A stretch of DNA of 63,512 nucleotides, the filler included, from Choristocarpus tenellus KU-1152 (Eukaryota; Protista; Phaeophyceae): the NCBI GenBank assembly GCA_964200185.2. It is 12 parts of 12 records of this genome, joined end to end, with 100 filler letters (N's around TTAATTAATTAA, not from the genome) between each part and the next. Parts side by side here need not be neighbours in the genome. Positions count along the whole stretch, not along the records: positions 1 to 3,613 come from CAXNAD020018952.1; positions 3,714 to 10,922 come from CAXNAD020006529.1; positions 11,023 to 14,998 come from CAXNAD020016834.1; 9 more parts are not named here. One strand, written 5' to 3'. A model generated the notes under the pieces. That model had not been told where the DNA came from and did not search any database. It saw only the letters and a program-made list of their open reading frames with translations. Made by a program: the position numbers and the translations under genes. Within the stretch, counting starts at the first letter, position 1. Every line of letters begins with the position of its first letter. Below, piece after piece: positions 1 through 11,566 of this stretch.

Positions 1-358
1 CTTGTTTGTTAGGAATTTTCAATATCCTTGTTCTGGACACACCTTTTCATAACGTATACATTTTGACTCAAAGTATCTGGGGGTGGATGCCGACTGTCCA
101 TTTGGGGCTCAATTTTCCATGTCGCAACTTTTGAGTGATTTGGTTCCACACGTTGGATGGATAATGAAAGTGCACTTTTCCTGATCAGGGCCCAAATGAA
201 CACCCTGGTGTAGACCCCCCCCCCCCCCCGATACTTTGAGCCTTTTATCTACTCCGAAACATTTTGGAGTAGGAAAAGGTCATAGAAAAAAACATGGGAA
301 GGCAAGTCCCAAACGGACAAACAGGGCAAAGCTCTTACCGTCTAAGATACTTTCACTC
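1..358. mobile_element. MITE family B, 5'-truncated copy interrupted by family A
   Basis: Matches the full copies at 27092, 31583 and 36997. Ends ...CTAAGATACTTTCACTC. Confidence 0.85.
65..242. mobile_element. MITE family A (~180 bp, poly-G/poly-C TIRs), nested in a family B MITE
   Basis: Termini GACTCAAAGTATCTGGGGG...CCCCGATACTTTGAGCC, inner inverted motif GTCCATTTGGG/CCCAAATG, and TTT on both flanks. The flanks rejoin to the uninterrupted family B sequence ATACATTTTACCTACTCCGA seen at ~31721. Confidence 0.9.
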
Positions 359-2984
359 TAACTACAATTTAAAAAAAGCACCATCACCAACTCGAAGGGA
401 GACGTATATCCAGCCACCCAGTCATCAAGTAATGGTGATATCAGATCCCTGAGGCACTATATCAGGCTCGGTACGAATTTGCAAAGTTGTGTCAGTGACT
501 ACATTCACTTCATCAGCATGGTGGCTACTGGGTTGTGGCATTGGCAATCTCCACTTTGTGTCAACAGTATATTGAAATGCTGCCCTCCAGCTACTACATA
601 TTTTCTTCATCGACTTTATTTATTTTCCGCCTATCCATCTCAATCATTCTTCAAGGTCTCTAAAAAGGTGACATCATCAGTGAAGCACACCCACCAGTCA
701 CCAGTTTTTCTTCTCCTGGTCGGGTCACCTGAACTTCCTCTTGCCGCCTCCAACCTCCACAACCATGTAGATCTCGGTGTGTTGCTCAATTTTTTTTGGA
801 ATGTATCAATGTTGCCATCGTTTGATGGAAGAGGGGCATTGTATATGGTTTATGCACATCACTTAGTTGGAGCAAAATGGAAGAAGCGTAAAAAAAAAAT
901 CATGGCTATTTTTCAATCGACAAGTACATCCACACCTCACAGCGCATGTGGAATCTTTCGAAAAGTATGGCTACTCCCATTCCCAACCACGTCCGAGCAC
1001 TGCAGGGTTGGTAGTATTGCTCCTTTGTGGTTGGAAAATATGCGGAGAATATATTTACCTCATTTTTGCCACGGTAATGAGGAAAAGGGAAGAGACCTAA
1101 TCGGTTCGGTTTGTCTCTCTGCTGTAGACGGAATGGACAAGGGCGCCGATGCAGGTTGATGTAGGGCATCAGACCCTTCTTGCTTTGTCTTGGGTGATAC
1201 CATAGTTTGGTGGGGTTTTACTGTCAAGTTTCTGGGTTAGGAAGCCTTTAAACGAACAGTTAAATTGGAAAGTATGAAAGCAATAAATAAGAAAAATATA
1301 CAACGTATCTCCCATGAAATAATCTTGTCGTATTCTCACTTGTTCTTTCTCCGTTCAGATTGGGGATCATCCCAACATGTGGTCAGAGGCACTCCACTAT
1401 TTCTCATACTATCTACAGTAACTGTTCCACTACATAGAACTAATTGTACCGCCTTGGCTTGTGCCTTGCTGCGCACGCATTGAGTTTAGACATCCTCCAC
1501 CTGTCGGTTCGCCTGCTCCTTTGAATCTTGTACTGGACCTACCTAGTATGCCCCCTTGACTCCGGCCAACTGTGTGACAGCAACATCCGGGTGACTTGGT
1601 CTGCAAGGATAACAACTAGGATATTACGATGAAGTCCGCTGTAATAGGGGACCTTATTTTCTATTTCCCTCTCAGCAAGGAGGACTTTTCTAACGCCCAC
1701 TTGTATTCTAATACTACCGTACAGGTTCGTTGTTGAGACCTCAGTTATTGAGACATGTGAAGATATCACCCAGCTAAGCTTTGCTTGAGTGCGGATGCCG
1801 ATATAACTTTCAGGCTTCACTGTGCTGATGTGCATGGACAAGGTCTTCTGGTGCTGATGTAGTTGCTGATCAGTCAATTTGGTGTTGATGTTTAGATGGA
1901 CAGAGCTTGTCGCACGGTTGTAAATATTACACGCCTACGAAGATGAAGAGGAATTATGAGCAGAGGAGTAATCATGATTCAGTAGTTTAATCTTGAGTGA
2001 GGAAGTTGATTGTGGATGTGACCCTGTATGTATTAACCTGCTGATTTCGTGTATTTATCTAGTTCCATCCCATCCTGCTTCACATTTGCAAATCAAAGTG
2101 AATCTATCGCCAATGAACTTGTCCTTCTCCGTTCACCAACTGACTAGTGCAAGTCACGAGGAATGTCTCACTAGTACACTTGAGCTATTGTGCTTGTGCA
2201 CGGAAGTTGCTGTAAAGGTCAAGGTAAACGAGTCTCTATTAATGATTGAAGTAAAAACTAAAGATAATCATCGCCAATAAGGTGATACGAATATTACTGT
2301 GAACACGTCACATGAATGGGGGACCCCAATACTAAAGGGCTGCCCATGACAGATATCCATAGTCAGGAACTCTTGGGATGTTGTCTTAACAGTCAGTGTA
2401 CTCTCGATTATTTTTTTGTGTTGTCACCAATGAATAGGGGAAAGAATAGAGCATAGACTTGTAGAATTGCCACGAAGCGCTCGATGTGTGCTGTAAAAAC
2501 AACCAGACATTGAGGAGCTGAGTCGGGTTAGAGGGAGATTCAAAACCGTGATATGCAAAGCGGGAGGGATTCATACAGTCATTCTTGTGTAACCATCAGG
2601 ATATCGTAGAAAGACAGTGTATCTTCTAGAATTGGATGACATTTTTTTTCATGGAGCCAATTGTGTATCGGTGAAACCGATCGTTACGGAACAACTCGAT
2701 CTATCATTGCTGCTAATCCAGCTTTTCCAGGCTTGATCCAAGATTGGTAGGGGCACATCTAATCATCACGCAACGATGAAATAGAAGCAAATGGGCTAGA
2801 TTCTAATGCAACATTTGAGTTCAGATTGTGTTAAAGATTACATCGAACCGAATACGCTGCAACACGACCTTCCACTGCGCTATCCAGCCATCCTTCATTA
2901 TACAGTAAAGCTGCGCAAGGTGAAACGATCACAAGGCGAAGGAGGCACAAGGACAAAGAGCTGCTACGATAGGTTGTAGCTGCG

Positions 2985-3149
2985 ATGTCGGAAACGTCAG
3001 CTGTCCAATCTTGGCGCCCTCTTCCACGGCAGCTAACGGAAGAGGAGCTCATGGAGGTGAAAGAGGCATTTGCCATGTTCGACCTTCGGGCCACACGACA
3101 CCTAAGCCTCCGGCCCTTGAAGATGGCATTCCGTGCTCTTGGCGTGAAG
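2985..3149 (+). CDS. Centrin-like EF-hand protein, exon 1 (remainder not found before the contig end)
   Basis: LTEEELMEVKEAFAMFDLRATRHLSLRPLKMAFRALGVK resembles centrin EF-hand 1 (EAFxLFD...ELKxAMRALG). Phase-0 GT donor at 3150. Confidence 0.75.
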
Positions 3150-3613
3150 GTGCTTTCTATCTCGAGGCTTTTGCTTCAGGAAAATAGACTATTCATAGTG
3201 AGTTTTAATAGCAATTTGTACTCAAAGGCGGTATGGATGTTACACTCGAATATTCTTCCAATGCTCCCACGACCTCTACTGCACAAAAGGATTACTCTGT
3301 TCTCAAGCAACAGGCATGTTTGATGCAGGAATACCATCTGCCTGGTGCTAATATTGCCCCGGTTATATGAGGCCAATCATTGACTACCTCACGATTGTGT
3401 TGCAGGGTAAGAACTCTGCCCAGGGTATGAACTCAAAAGTATGCCTTTTTTATCTTCCCCAGGACCTGAGCTGTAATTAGTGGATGTTTGTGGAAGCTGG
3501 TAAACCTGGACCCAAAGTATCTGGGGGGGGGGGGGGGGCACACCATGGGTTCCATTTGGACCGGAATCAGGAAGGTGCATTTACATTATCCATCCGATAA
3601 AGGCAACCAAATC

Positions 3614-3713
3614 NNNNNNNNNNNNNNNNNNNNNNNNNNNNNNNNNNNNNNNNNNNNTTAATTAATTAANNNNNNNNNNNNNNNNNNNNNNNNNNNNNNN
3701 NNNNNNNNNNNNN
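3614..3713. other. Artificial contig linker N..TTAATTAATTAA..N (first of 11; others near 10967, 15043, 18262, 26756, 40359, 43450, 48640, 51474, 54285, 59729)
   Basis: Identical 100-nt spacer whose core has stops in all six frames. Confidence 0.97.
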
Positions 3714-3849
3714 CTCAGATCAGAAATATCAACAATATCAAATATCAACACTAACAAATATCACCTTGTGGGGCTGCCCCACAACGTATCCCCCCCCCCC
3801 CCCCGTCCCGTCCCGTCCCCCGTGCCCCCTCCCCCCTCCCTCCTCCTAG

Positions 3850-4162
3850 TGCCTTATAGATGCTAACAAACCCTAACCCCTAAGAAGTACCCATTTTTTC
3901 CTCTTGCTCACCACAAGTTGTTGTGCACAGGCTTTGATCTCGATTTCTATCCTAGCCCCAGCCCCAGCCCTAACCCTAAGCCTAAGCCATAATCCATAAT
4001 CCATAATCCTAACCCAAAGAACAACCCATTGTCCTCTTGTTTACCACAAGATATTGTGCACAGGCTTGGCTCTTGCTTCTTATCCTAGCCCCAGCCCCAG
4101 TCCCAGCCCTAACCCCAACCCCAAGCCCTAAGCCCTAAGCCCTAAGCCCTAAGCCCTAACCC
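3850..4162 (-). repeat. Degenerate telomere-like (CCCTAA / GCCCTAA / CCCCAG) repeats in gamma-tubulin intron 4
   Basis: Runs such as AGCCCTAACCCTAAG and (AGCCCTA)n, plus a local ~120 bp duplication. Confidence 0.75.
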
Positions 4163-4185
4163 TTCTAGTTGGTGGTAGGCCTCAC

Positions 4186-5966
4186 CTCCAGGCTATCGCT
4201 GCCGTCAGCCTCCCTGTCAATCATGTCCATGAGGTAGTCGTGTTGTTCCTCCGCCTGGCGATGGCCATTGGCCCAATTGTTGCCCGCCCCGCCCCCCTCC
4301 TGGAAAAAAAAAAATGAAAAAAGTACTTCTTGACTCTCGATGGGCTCTTGATTTGACTTTTGATTTGACTCTTAATATACTCTTGATTTACTCTCAATTG
4401 ACTCTTGTTTGACTCTTAATATACTTTTGATTTATTCTTGATTACTCCTGATGGTAGCACACAGAACGCACGTACTTTTTTTATTTGTGCATATCATAAT
4501 ATATATATATATATGCGTTTATATACACATATACATATATGTATACGTTATGTATGTACGTATTGTGTATGTACACACAAAACTGAGAAGAAAAATAGAA
4601 GAAAATAAAAAGGGAACAAGAACAAGCGTCCCTTCTGAACTGCAATATGTGATAGAGTTAGGGTTAGGGCTACTTCAATCGCATCTTAGTATTAGTATTA
4701 GGGTTAGGGTTAGGGTTAAGGGTCAGCATTAGCGTTTTCCAACAGCATGTCTTTTGTAACCGACGTTGCTCTTACGACGACATCCTCCAGATATGAGATT
4801 CAAAGGTTCGCAGCTCACCACCAGGGTTAAGGGTTAGGGTTAGGGCTTCAATCCTATCTCAGGCTAAACTGACCTTGCTAACAAAGATGTTCTCGGGGTT
4901 AAATAGGTGCCGGTAGCCTTCACTCTGTATCTTGTTGATCACCCGAGGCTCTAAATCGAGCAGCAGAGCCCTGGGAACATATTGGTCGTCGTCCGCCTGA
5001 TAGAAGAACACGTCTTTGCGATCATCCCCCTTTTCAGAGAGAGAGAGAGAGTGTGTGCGACAGTAGGGGTTGCGGTTACGGGTTGGGTTGAGGTCAGGGT
5101 TAGCGCTAAAAATGTTCGTGCACAGGCTTGTTTAATGTCTGCTGCACTCTGCTAACCCGAATATGCTTGAAGAGGCTCTTGCTGTCGAGTTTGAGACTTC
5201 TGGCGCACGGAGGAGAATGAAGGATGCCGTAAACGATGTCTTGAACGGATAGGTTTTAATTACTTCGAACAGAAAAATGAGTGAGTCCTACGAGTCGATT
5301 CCATACATTAAATTTCAAAAGAGAGCATTGCCAATCCTAATATACGTCACGCTTTATGGTTTCACATAAAAAGACTGGGGCATACCCATGAAATTAATCA
5401 GGGGTGCACCGCTGGCAATACCAACTGCATGTTCATCATTATGCTTGTTGCATCTCCTATGAACTGTAACATCCAGAGACAGTCCCCGTCACGAGCAAAG
5501 GTCTTCATGCAGTAACTATCATGGGCGGCAAGGTGGGAAAAATTTCCATTCTCACATCGAGAGAAGGGCAGTAGCAGGTAATTACTGGGGTTCCCACCTG
5601 TGTCAAAACTTCATTCATTGTGGGTCCAACTGAGGTTCCAATTATCGGAGCACACCTGTGATGCGTACTCCTGGAGGGTTCCATCATTGCTGATGCCATG
5701 CTCTTCACATAATTGTTTCCAAAACTCGCTCCCGACTGTCATCAATAGATTCAGGGCATAACGAAGACATCGATGAGGCCGAACATGGATCCAGCAACAT
5801 GTTGACAACCAATTTTGCCAGGTTGCAGGGATGAGATCGTCTAAGTTACTACAGCTAGACAATAGATCTTTCGGTGGCGAAAGTCTTCATGTACTCCAGG
5901 GAAGCAGAGAAGCTCACTTTGGTTTCCACACTGGCCCACTTGGAGAGTTATTATTTCCCGCGGCAT
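4186..5966 (-). CDS. TUBG: Gamma-tubulin, exons 1-4 (5918-5966, 5656-5735, 4874-5029, 4186-4299); 3' part lost at contig end
   Basis: Spliced translation [78 protein letters not shown]...[11 protein letters not shown]...[15 protein letters not shown]. All junctions are GT-AG and in phase. Confidence 0.97.
4656..5103 (+). repeat. Short TTAGGG clusters in gamma-tubulin introns 3 and 2
   Basis: TTAGGGTTAGGG at ~4658, ~4698 and ~4833, with a degenerate cluster at ~5065-5103. Confidence 0.7.
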
Positions 5967-6479
5967 GGCGATGTGTCCCAACCAGTTCCTTTTTCTGTCT
6001 TGTCGCAGATAAACTCAACCTCGAAAGCTCACGATCGATTCTTCTACGACCAGCTCCTCGAGCACAATGCCCCCACAGTTCCCAGACCAGCACTTTGTGT
6101 CACTGAAAAGGGACCTCTTGCTCTATGTTCTTGTGGCACAAGGATCACTTTGGCATGGAGGTACAACTCAAGTTGATTTGATATTTTAAAAATGAACACG
6201 GAGATCAGAACCGCAAATTCCAAGTAGATAATTGGTGTACCATACAACACGCGCGACGCGCGCGAATTATGATGAGTGGTTTGTTCGCCTCGTACCTAAC
6301 CCCAAATAAATCCTCCTAACCCACACTTGACCCCCCACGTCCCATCTCTTACCCTGGTGGGAAACCACAATACCCATCGTAGGTCGAGCCAGTATCATCC
6401 GTTCTAAACGAGTCACTACAGGAGGGTCCATTGCCAAGGACTAAATAAGTTTGTAAGAAATCAGGTGCTGTACAGTTGT

Positions 6480-6990
6480 TTTCTAGAAGGGAAAGTTTAT
6501 GAAGTAATCTGATTTTTGTGGGCGGAAGAATTCTGGTTGGTTGGGGGCACAAGGGAAGGGAGGGGACAGGAAAGAAATAAAAGTTAGCAAGGGAACGAAG
6601 AGTTAAATACTGAGTGGTTGAGAGAGGGAGGGGAGAAGTTAAGAAAATGGGGGGCAGGCGCAGGCAGGAGTGGAGAAGGAATAGACAGTATTGAATCGAA
6701 GAGGAACCATGAGGCTGGAAATCAGTGGCGAAAGGGGTTGCACTGGTTGATCATCGGATAGGGGGGGTGACTGGAAATCAGTGGCGAAGGGGGTTCGCCC
6801 TAGTTGGTCATCAGATGTGGGGAGTGACCGGAAATCAGTGGCGAAGAGGTTGCACTGGTTGATCACAAGGGTTGATAGAATGTGGGGAGGAAAGGGAATT
6901 GGGAGGAATGCAAACATAGAATAAAATAATAATGATCCAGAATTCGTGAGCAAAACAAAACATGCCTTTTGCGGATCGTTATCAAACATG
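6480..6990. repeat. Dispersed repeat family D with an internal ~55 bp tandem array
   Basis: Three units of CTGGAAATCAGTGGCGAA(A/G)GGGTTGCACTGGTT... Homologous blocks occur at ~14755-14998, 40415-41720, 51530-51660 and 56840-57485. Confidence 0.85.
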
Positions 6991-7270
6991 ACAATATGTC
7001 ACATCTGCTATAATGGTAGCAAGTAGCGTTTCATAGTACCTAGTCGAAACCGTCCGATACAGGTTGCTACGCCTAACCACCAAAACGTAGCTCTGAATAT
7101 AGTGAGAAAAGTCAGAATAACTCTTGCGGGGCCGGTACAACACCTGGGGAGGGTAGGGGCACTGCTTCAATGCTTCTGCATTGACTTGAAAACTTTGACA
7201 TCAACAAGGAGAGAGACTCCACTTATTGCAGGTGTATGTAAGAGTTTTGTCTGGCTACATGGCCAGTACT

Positions 7271-7507
7271 GAACCAAACCATTTAAGAGGGTCCTAAATC
7301 CAATGTTCCGATTTTAATGGATTTTGGCTACTATGTCTATTATCAAGTGTCAGTATCCTTGCTCCAGACACAAGTTTCATAGTCGTACACATTTTAGGTA
7401 ACTGTATTCACACGGAAACCCGAAAAAGGGCATTAAAAAAAAGTGGGAAGTCAAGCCCTGAACGGACAAACAGGACAAAACTCCTACCCTCTTAAATGCT
7501 TTGGGTT
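7271..7507. mobile_element. MITE family B variant
   Basis: TIRs GAACCAAACCATTTAAGAGGG / CCCTCTTAAATGCTTTGGGTT, 3-bp TSD ACT, and a body homologous to family B. Confidence 0.8.
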
Positions 7508-7679
7508 ACTATTTAATCGCATTAATCGTAGCCATTTCCACGAATTTTGGCACGCAGAAAGAAATGCCCGCGCTATTCGCCTCTAACATACTTGTTGGTA
7601 TTCACAAGGCCCTTTCTCGTATCTCCAAACACCCATGTGCAGATGAGATCGACAGCAGTATCAGGTGGAACACAATGTG

Positions 7680-8340
7680 AAGGTTGGTCATCCCCCACAG
7701 GCACAGAGTAAGCATTTTACTCTGAAGGTGATGTTCCTTGCAGCTGTGGCCTGCCCTGGGAAGCTCTCTAATGGGGTGTGGCTTGATGCGAAAATCGGGA
7801 TCTGGCCAATTGTGGACACTAAGGTCATTTAGCACTCCAGCAAACACTGCCCCAAGGGCACCAAGGTGGTTGTGCCAGTCACGGTGGACAGGGAGGGATA
7901 TAAGAAGCTCAAGATTGAGGATGTCATCCTCGCAATCAAGGCTCACATGTGTAGGCCGGAAGGACACACCATATTTCTGCAGCAATATGAGGCATAGCTA
8001 CACACCAAGGGGGGGATCATGGAGGCAATTGAGGAGGCGGCGGGGGACGACACCATCATATAGACCTACCTAACCAACTTGCCTGACCTGAAAATCAGCA
8101 ACCTGGGAATCTTTCATTCCAATTCAGCAACTTGAGGAAGATGTGGGGGTGACCAACACAAAGGAGCTGATGGAGGCCACAACATAGTCGTTCAATGTGT
8201 ACCTCCAGGAGACACTAGAGTGCGTCTGGCGGAGCCTCTTTGCAGTCTTCGGTGAAGTGCTGGGGTCCAAGGGTGACAATGCCTTCAAAATCCCCCATCT
8301 TAGCAAGAAAAAGACTGAGAAGGCAGGCAAGATCTCCTGA
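7680..8340 (+). pseudogene. Tc1/mariner (DD39D, plant/oomycete mariner-like) transposase relic
   Basis: QSKHFTLKVMFLAAVACP...DAKIGIWPIV, YKKLKIEDVILAIKAHM, IFLQQYEA*LH (decayed QQDNAxPH), NLPDLKISNLGIF and KGDNAFKIPHL. Contains stops and frameshifts. Confidence 0.85.
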
Positions 8341-8569
8341 ACGCCCTGGACAGTGGGGGGGAAATATCGTGCTGGAGTTGAGTTTTGGCAGGCTTCGGTA
8401 GTGGAATCATAGATAGATAGGTCTAGCCTGCCCCATTTGCCTGAGATTTGTGAGGGAAACCTTGTCGGTTTCTGGACAACACGTCTAATATATGACCAAG
8501 TGAAAGAAATAGTTCATCTTCATTGGGGCTGGAAAAGTTATGTTAGAGTAAATTCCTACGGCGAAAATA

Positions 8570-8755
8570 AAGGGGGAGAGGAGCGGGAGGATATAGCAGG
8601 AAAGGAGTAGTTATATCCCGGCTAAGCCAAATTGTCTCGGTGACTACGCAAGTGGCACTGTCTAGACGTGTCATGCGTTGTAAGCTGGAGTCACCAGGGA
8701 GATTGGAACGTAGGGGTTTGTTGGATTCTTGGGATGTTTCCCTAGCTCCTCCCCC
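8570..8755. repeat. Dispersed repeat; reverse-complement homolog at ~57690-57860
   Basis: TAAGCTGGAGTCACCAGGGAGATT...GGGATGTTTCCCTAGCTCCTC versus GAGGAGCTAGGGAAGCATCCC...ATCTCCCTGGTGTCTCCAGCTTA. Confidence 0.7.
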
Positions 8756-9382
8756 CGGGTACACGTATAGGTAGATTGGAAACACAGTGGTACAGTATAG
8801 ATGGTGAAGTAAAAAATAGATTGGTGTCTACACATTTATGGCAGTTTATTTCCTTAGGGCTTATACTGACATGTGTTTAGTTTTCATTGGTTTCGCCCCC
8901 CTGACACATCCGTAAAATGTCAGAGGGCATAAAATAATAATACAATATATAATACTTTTTCAACATATTTTGAGGGATGTAGGGTTGACAACAACCCAAA
9001 TTCGTTTTTTTTTTGTACGATGATTGTGATTGGTCAAGTAATCGTAGTGAGTAGGTTGTGTAAGGGACAGGAGTTGGTTGTTAGGAGTAATCTCATACAG
9101 AATATGTGTATCTTACAGGAATTAACGAGTCCATGTTGCATTCTGAAGTAGACAAACATAAAGGGGAGGGGTGAAGGGTGAGTTGGTAGCAAATTTTATG
9201 TTGTGTGTTTGTTGTTCAACCTTTTTTCTCTAGTACGCAAAACGCTTGAGAGTTGCACTTCATAAATAGCACGTACTGGTTGGGAGATGCAGCAAAACTC
9301 GTAGCTTATATTTGGTGGGATCGCTGTTCTAGTTCTATTTCAGAGTACTACTCTGAAACGAATTGAAACTATTTTTGGAGGG

Positions 9383-10039
9383 ATGGGAACAACGAGAACA
9401 CTTCTGCAACGACTCCAAACGCGAGTAGCTCAGGAGGGCATCTCAGGGGGTCAGAATATTGTAGCATTCTCAGGAGGTGTTGATTCTTCCCTTGTGGCAG
9501 CTCTTGTACATGACGTGTTTGGTGAGAGCAGCTTGGCCTGTGTTGGGGTATCTGCCTCCCTTCCAACTGCGCAGCTGCGCCTGGCCCGCGATGTTGCCCG
9601 ACATATAGGTTGGTGACGGTGTTTGGTTTGAGGTCTTTTATGCGGTCAAAGCGTTGCGATTTTCTCCGCAGAAGGCAAGTGAATTATTGGTAAGACTAAT
9701 CAAGCATCAATGTTGACCAAACACAATACTTGTAGGCCTTGACTAGTTCTGCCCCCCACAACTCAATAATCCTTTAACCACTCCCTGTACACTGCCAGGG
9801 ATACCCCTGACGGAGGTTATCACAGAGGAGGGGAGCGATCCAGACTACATTGCTAACCAGGGTCAAAGTTGTTTCCATTGCAAGACCCACCTATACTCTA
9901 GTCTCGAGGCGGTGGCCTCGCTGGCGGGAGACGAAAGTCGAAGTGTTCGTGAAGATCATGAAAGTGGCTCTCACGGAAGTTGTAGACGTGTTGTCCTATT
10001 CAACGGCACCAACAAGGACGACAAGAGAGATCCAACCAG
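9383..10039 (+). CDS. larE: LarE-like PP-loop ATP-dependent sulfur transferase, exons 1-2 (9383-9608, 9799-10039); partial
   Basis: VAFSGGVDSSLV PP-loop, ARDVARHIGIP, YIANQGQSCFHCKTHLY (CxxC) and FNGTNKDD are motifs of the LarE family. The GT-AG intron is in phase. Confidence 0.8.
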
Positions 10040-11566
10040 GTGAAGAGTGGGCTCTTTCTGTTATGTGAACACAAAAGGATTTGACTCTGGAGTGATTGGT
10101 ACGAGCAATGTTCCCCGCTCTCTCGAACCCACCGCACCATAATTTCAACATGGGGGGGGGGGGGGTTAGAAGGAACACTGTTTGCTAGTACGCACTGGCT
10201 ACCGCGTGAGATGCGGAACGGATATGTGACAAATCAACGCGAGAGCCAGTAGAGGAAGTTTAAGAACGACTGTCTACCGTCTAACCACGTAGGTTGCATG
10301 CTGCACGACCATTGCGTCTCGTAACGTGTGTCCATACATCGCCTTAGGTGTGCAGCTTCTTATCACTGCTTGAGTGTTGATTGAATCGTAGCTCTGAACA
10401 TATCGGCGGGTGTTCACAAGGAATCGGAAGTGTACGAGTACTTGCTGACTTGAAACCACTCTGGCTCAACAGTGAACCGGAAAACAAGAAATATTATATA
10501 TCCGTACTCTTATTCACAGCCTCGCAACAAACACTAGCGTATTAGTTCATACATTTAGCACACATGATACAGGAGAGAGGGGAGGCTAAAAGTATCTGTG
10601 TGGGGGGGGGGGGGGGTCTACACCAGGGTNNNNNNNNAAAAAACCATAAGTTTTTAATTATTTAATTTACAAAAAATTAATAAGGGGGGGGGGGGAGTAA
10701 AAATGGTTTTGTGGGGGGGGGGGGGGGGATCTACACCAGGGTGTCCATTTGGGCCCTTACCAGAAAAAGTGCACTTATATTATACATCCGATGCATACAA
10801 CCAAATAACACAATAATCACAGCATGGACAAATGGGCCCCAAATGGACAGCCGCCGCCACCCCTCCCCCCCCAGATATTTTGAGGTGGGAGGAGAAGCAT
10901 GGACCTAGCGACTGCCCTTTACNNNNNNNNNNNNNNNNNNNNNNNNNNNNNNNNNNNNNNNNNNNNTTAATTAATTAANNNNNNNNNNNNNNNNNNNNNN
11001 NNNNNNNNNNNNNNNNNNNNNNCCCCCCCAAGATACTTTGACCCTCTAGACAAGATACATATTTCAAACCTCCCCCCATGTAGGTAAACACTCATTCATG
11101 GATCACAAAGACAACGAAGTATGTATTGGAAAACTATTAATGGTTCCTCTGAAACCCATACAAAACGGGGAAAACCATCAAATGTCGCAGCAATGGTAAC
11201 AGGGGATGCACAAGGCTTAGCTGGTATTACAATACTCCTCTTTTCCATATCGCTTACACATTGGCAGATTGGGTGGCGTGTTGTTGGTGGCGCACGATAC
11301 GAAGTGTCTACAAACGGGTTTATTGCCGGGTTGTGGTGGAAAGTCAACAGAAGTGGCGAGTCAAAGTATCTGGAGGGAGGGGGATGGCGGCGGTCCAGTC
11401 GGGGCCCATTTTTCCGTGTGGTGATTTTGTTTTGATCTCGACACGATAACACAGTCCACACAAATCCAAGAGCTAAGGACATCTCCGAAGTGCAGGATAT
11501 TCCACGCTTCATCAAAAGAGGACCAACCCTCCACGACTGAAGACACTGAAATAGACCAAATTTTTC

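Noticed and set aside
479-1159. 226 aa plus-strand ORF
   Set aside because: It has a non-ATG start and no motif, and is probably a chance ORF in decayed sequence.
3658-3669. Recurrent palindrome TTAATTAATTAA as a regulatory or recombination site
   Set aside because: It is always centred in N runs and is a six-frame-stop assembly spacer.
5831-6176. Plus-strand ORFs of 91-100 aa
   Set aside because: They are antisense to gamma-tubulin exon 1 and its 5' region and have no recognisable motifs.
6715-6865. CRISPR-like array in the ~55 bp repeats
   Set aside because: The units are tandem along their whole length with no unique spacers. There are no cas genes and the context is eukaryotic.
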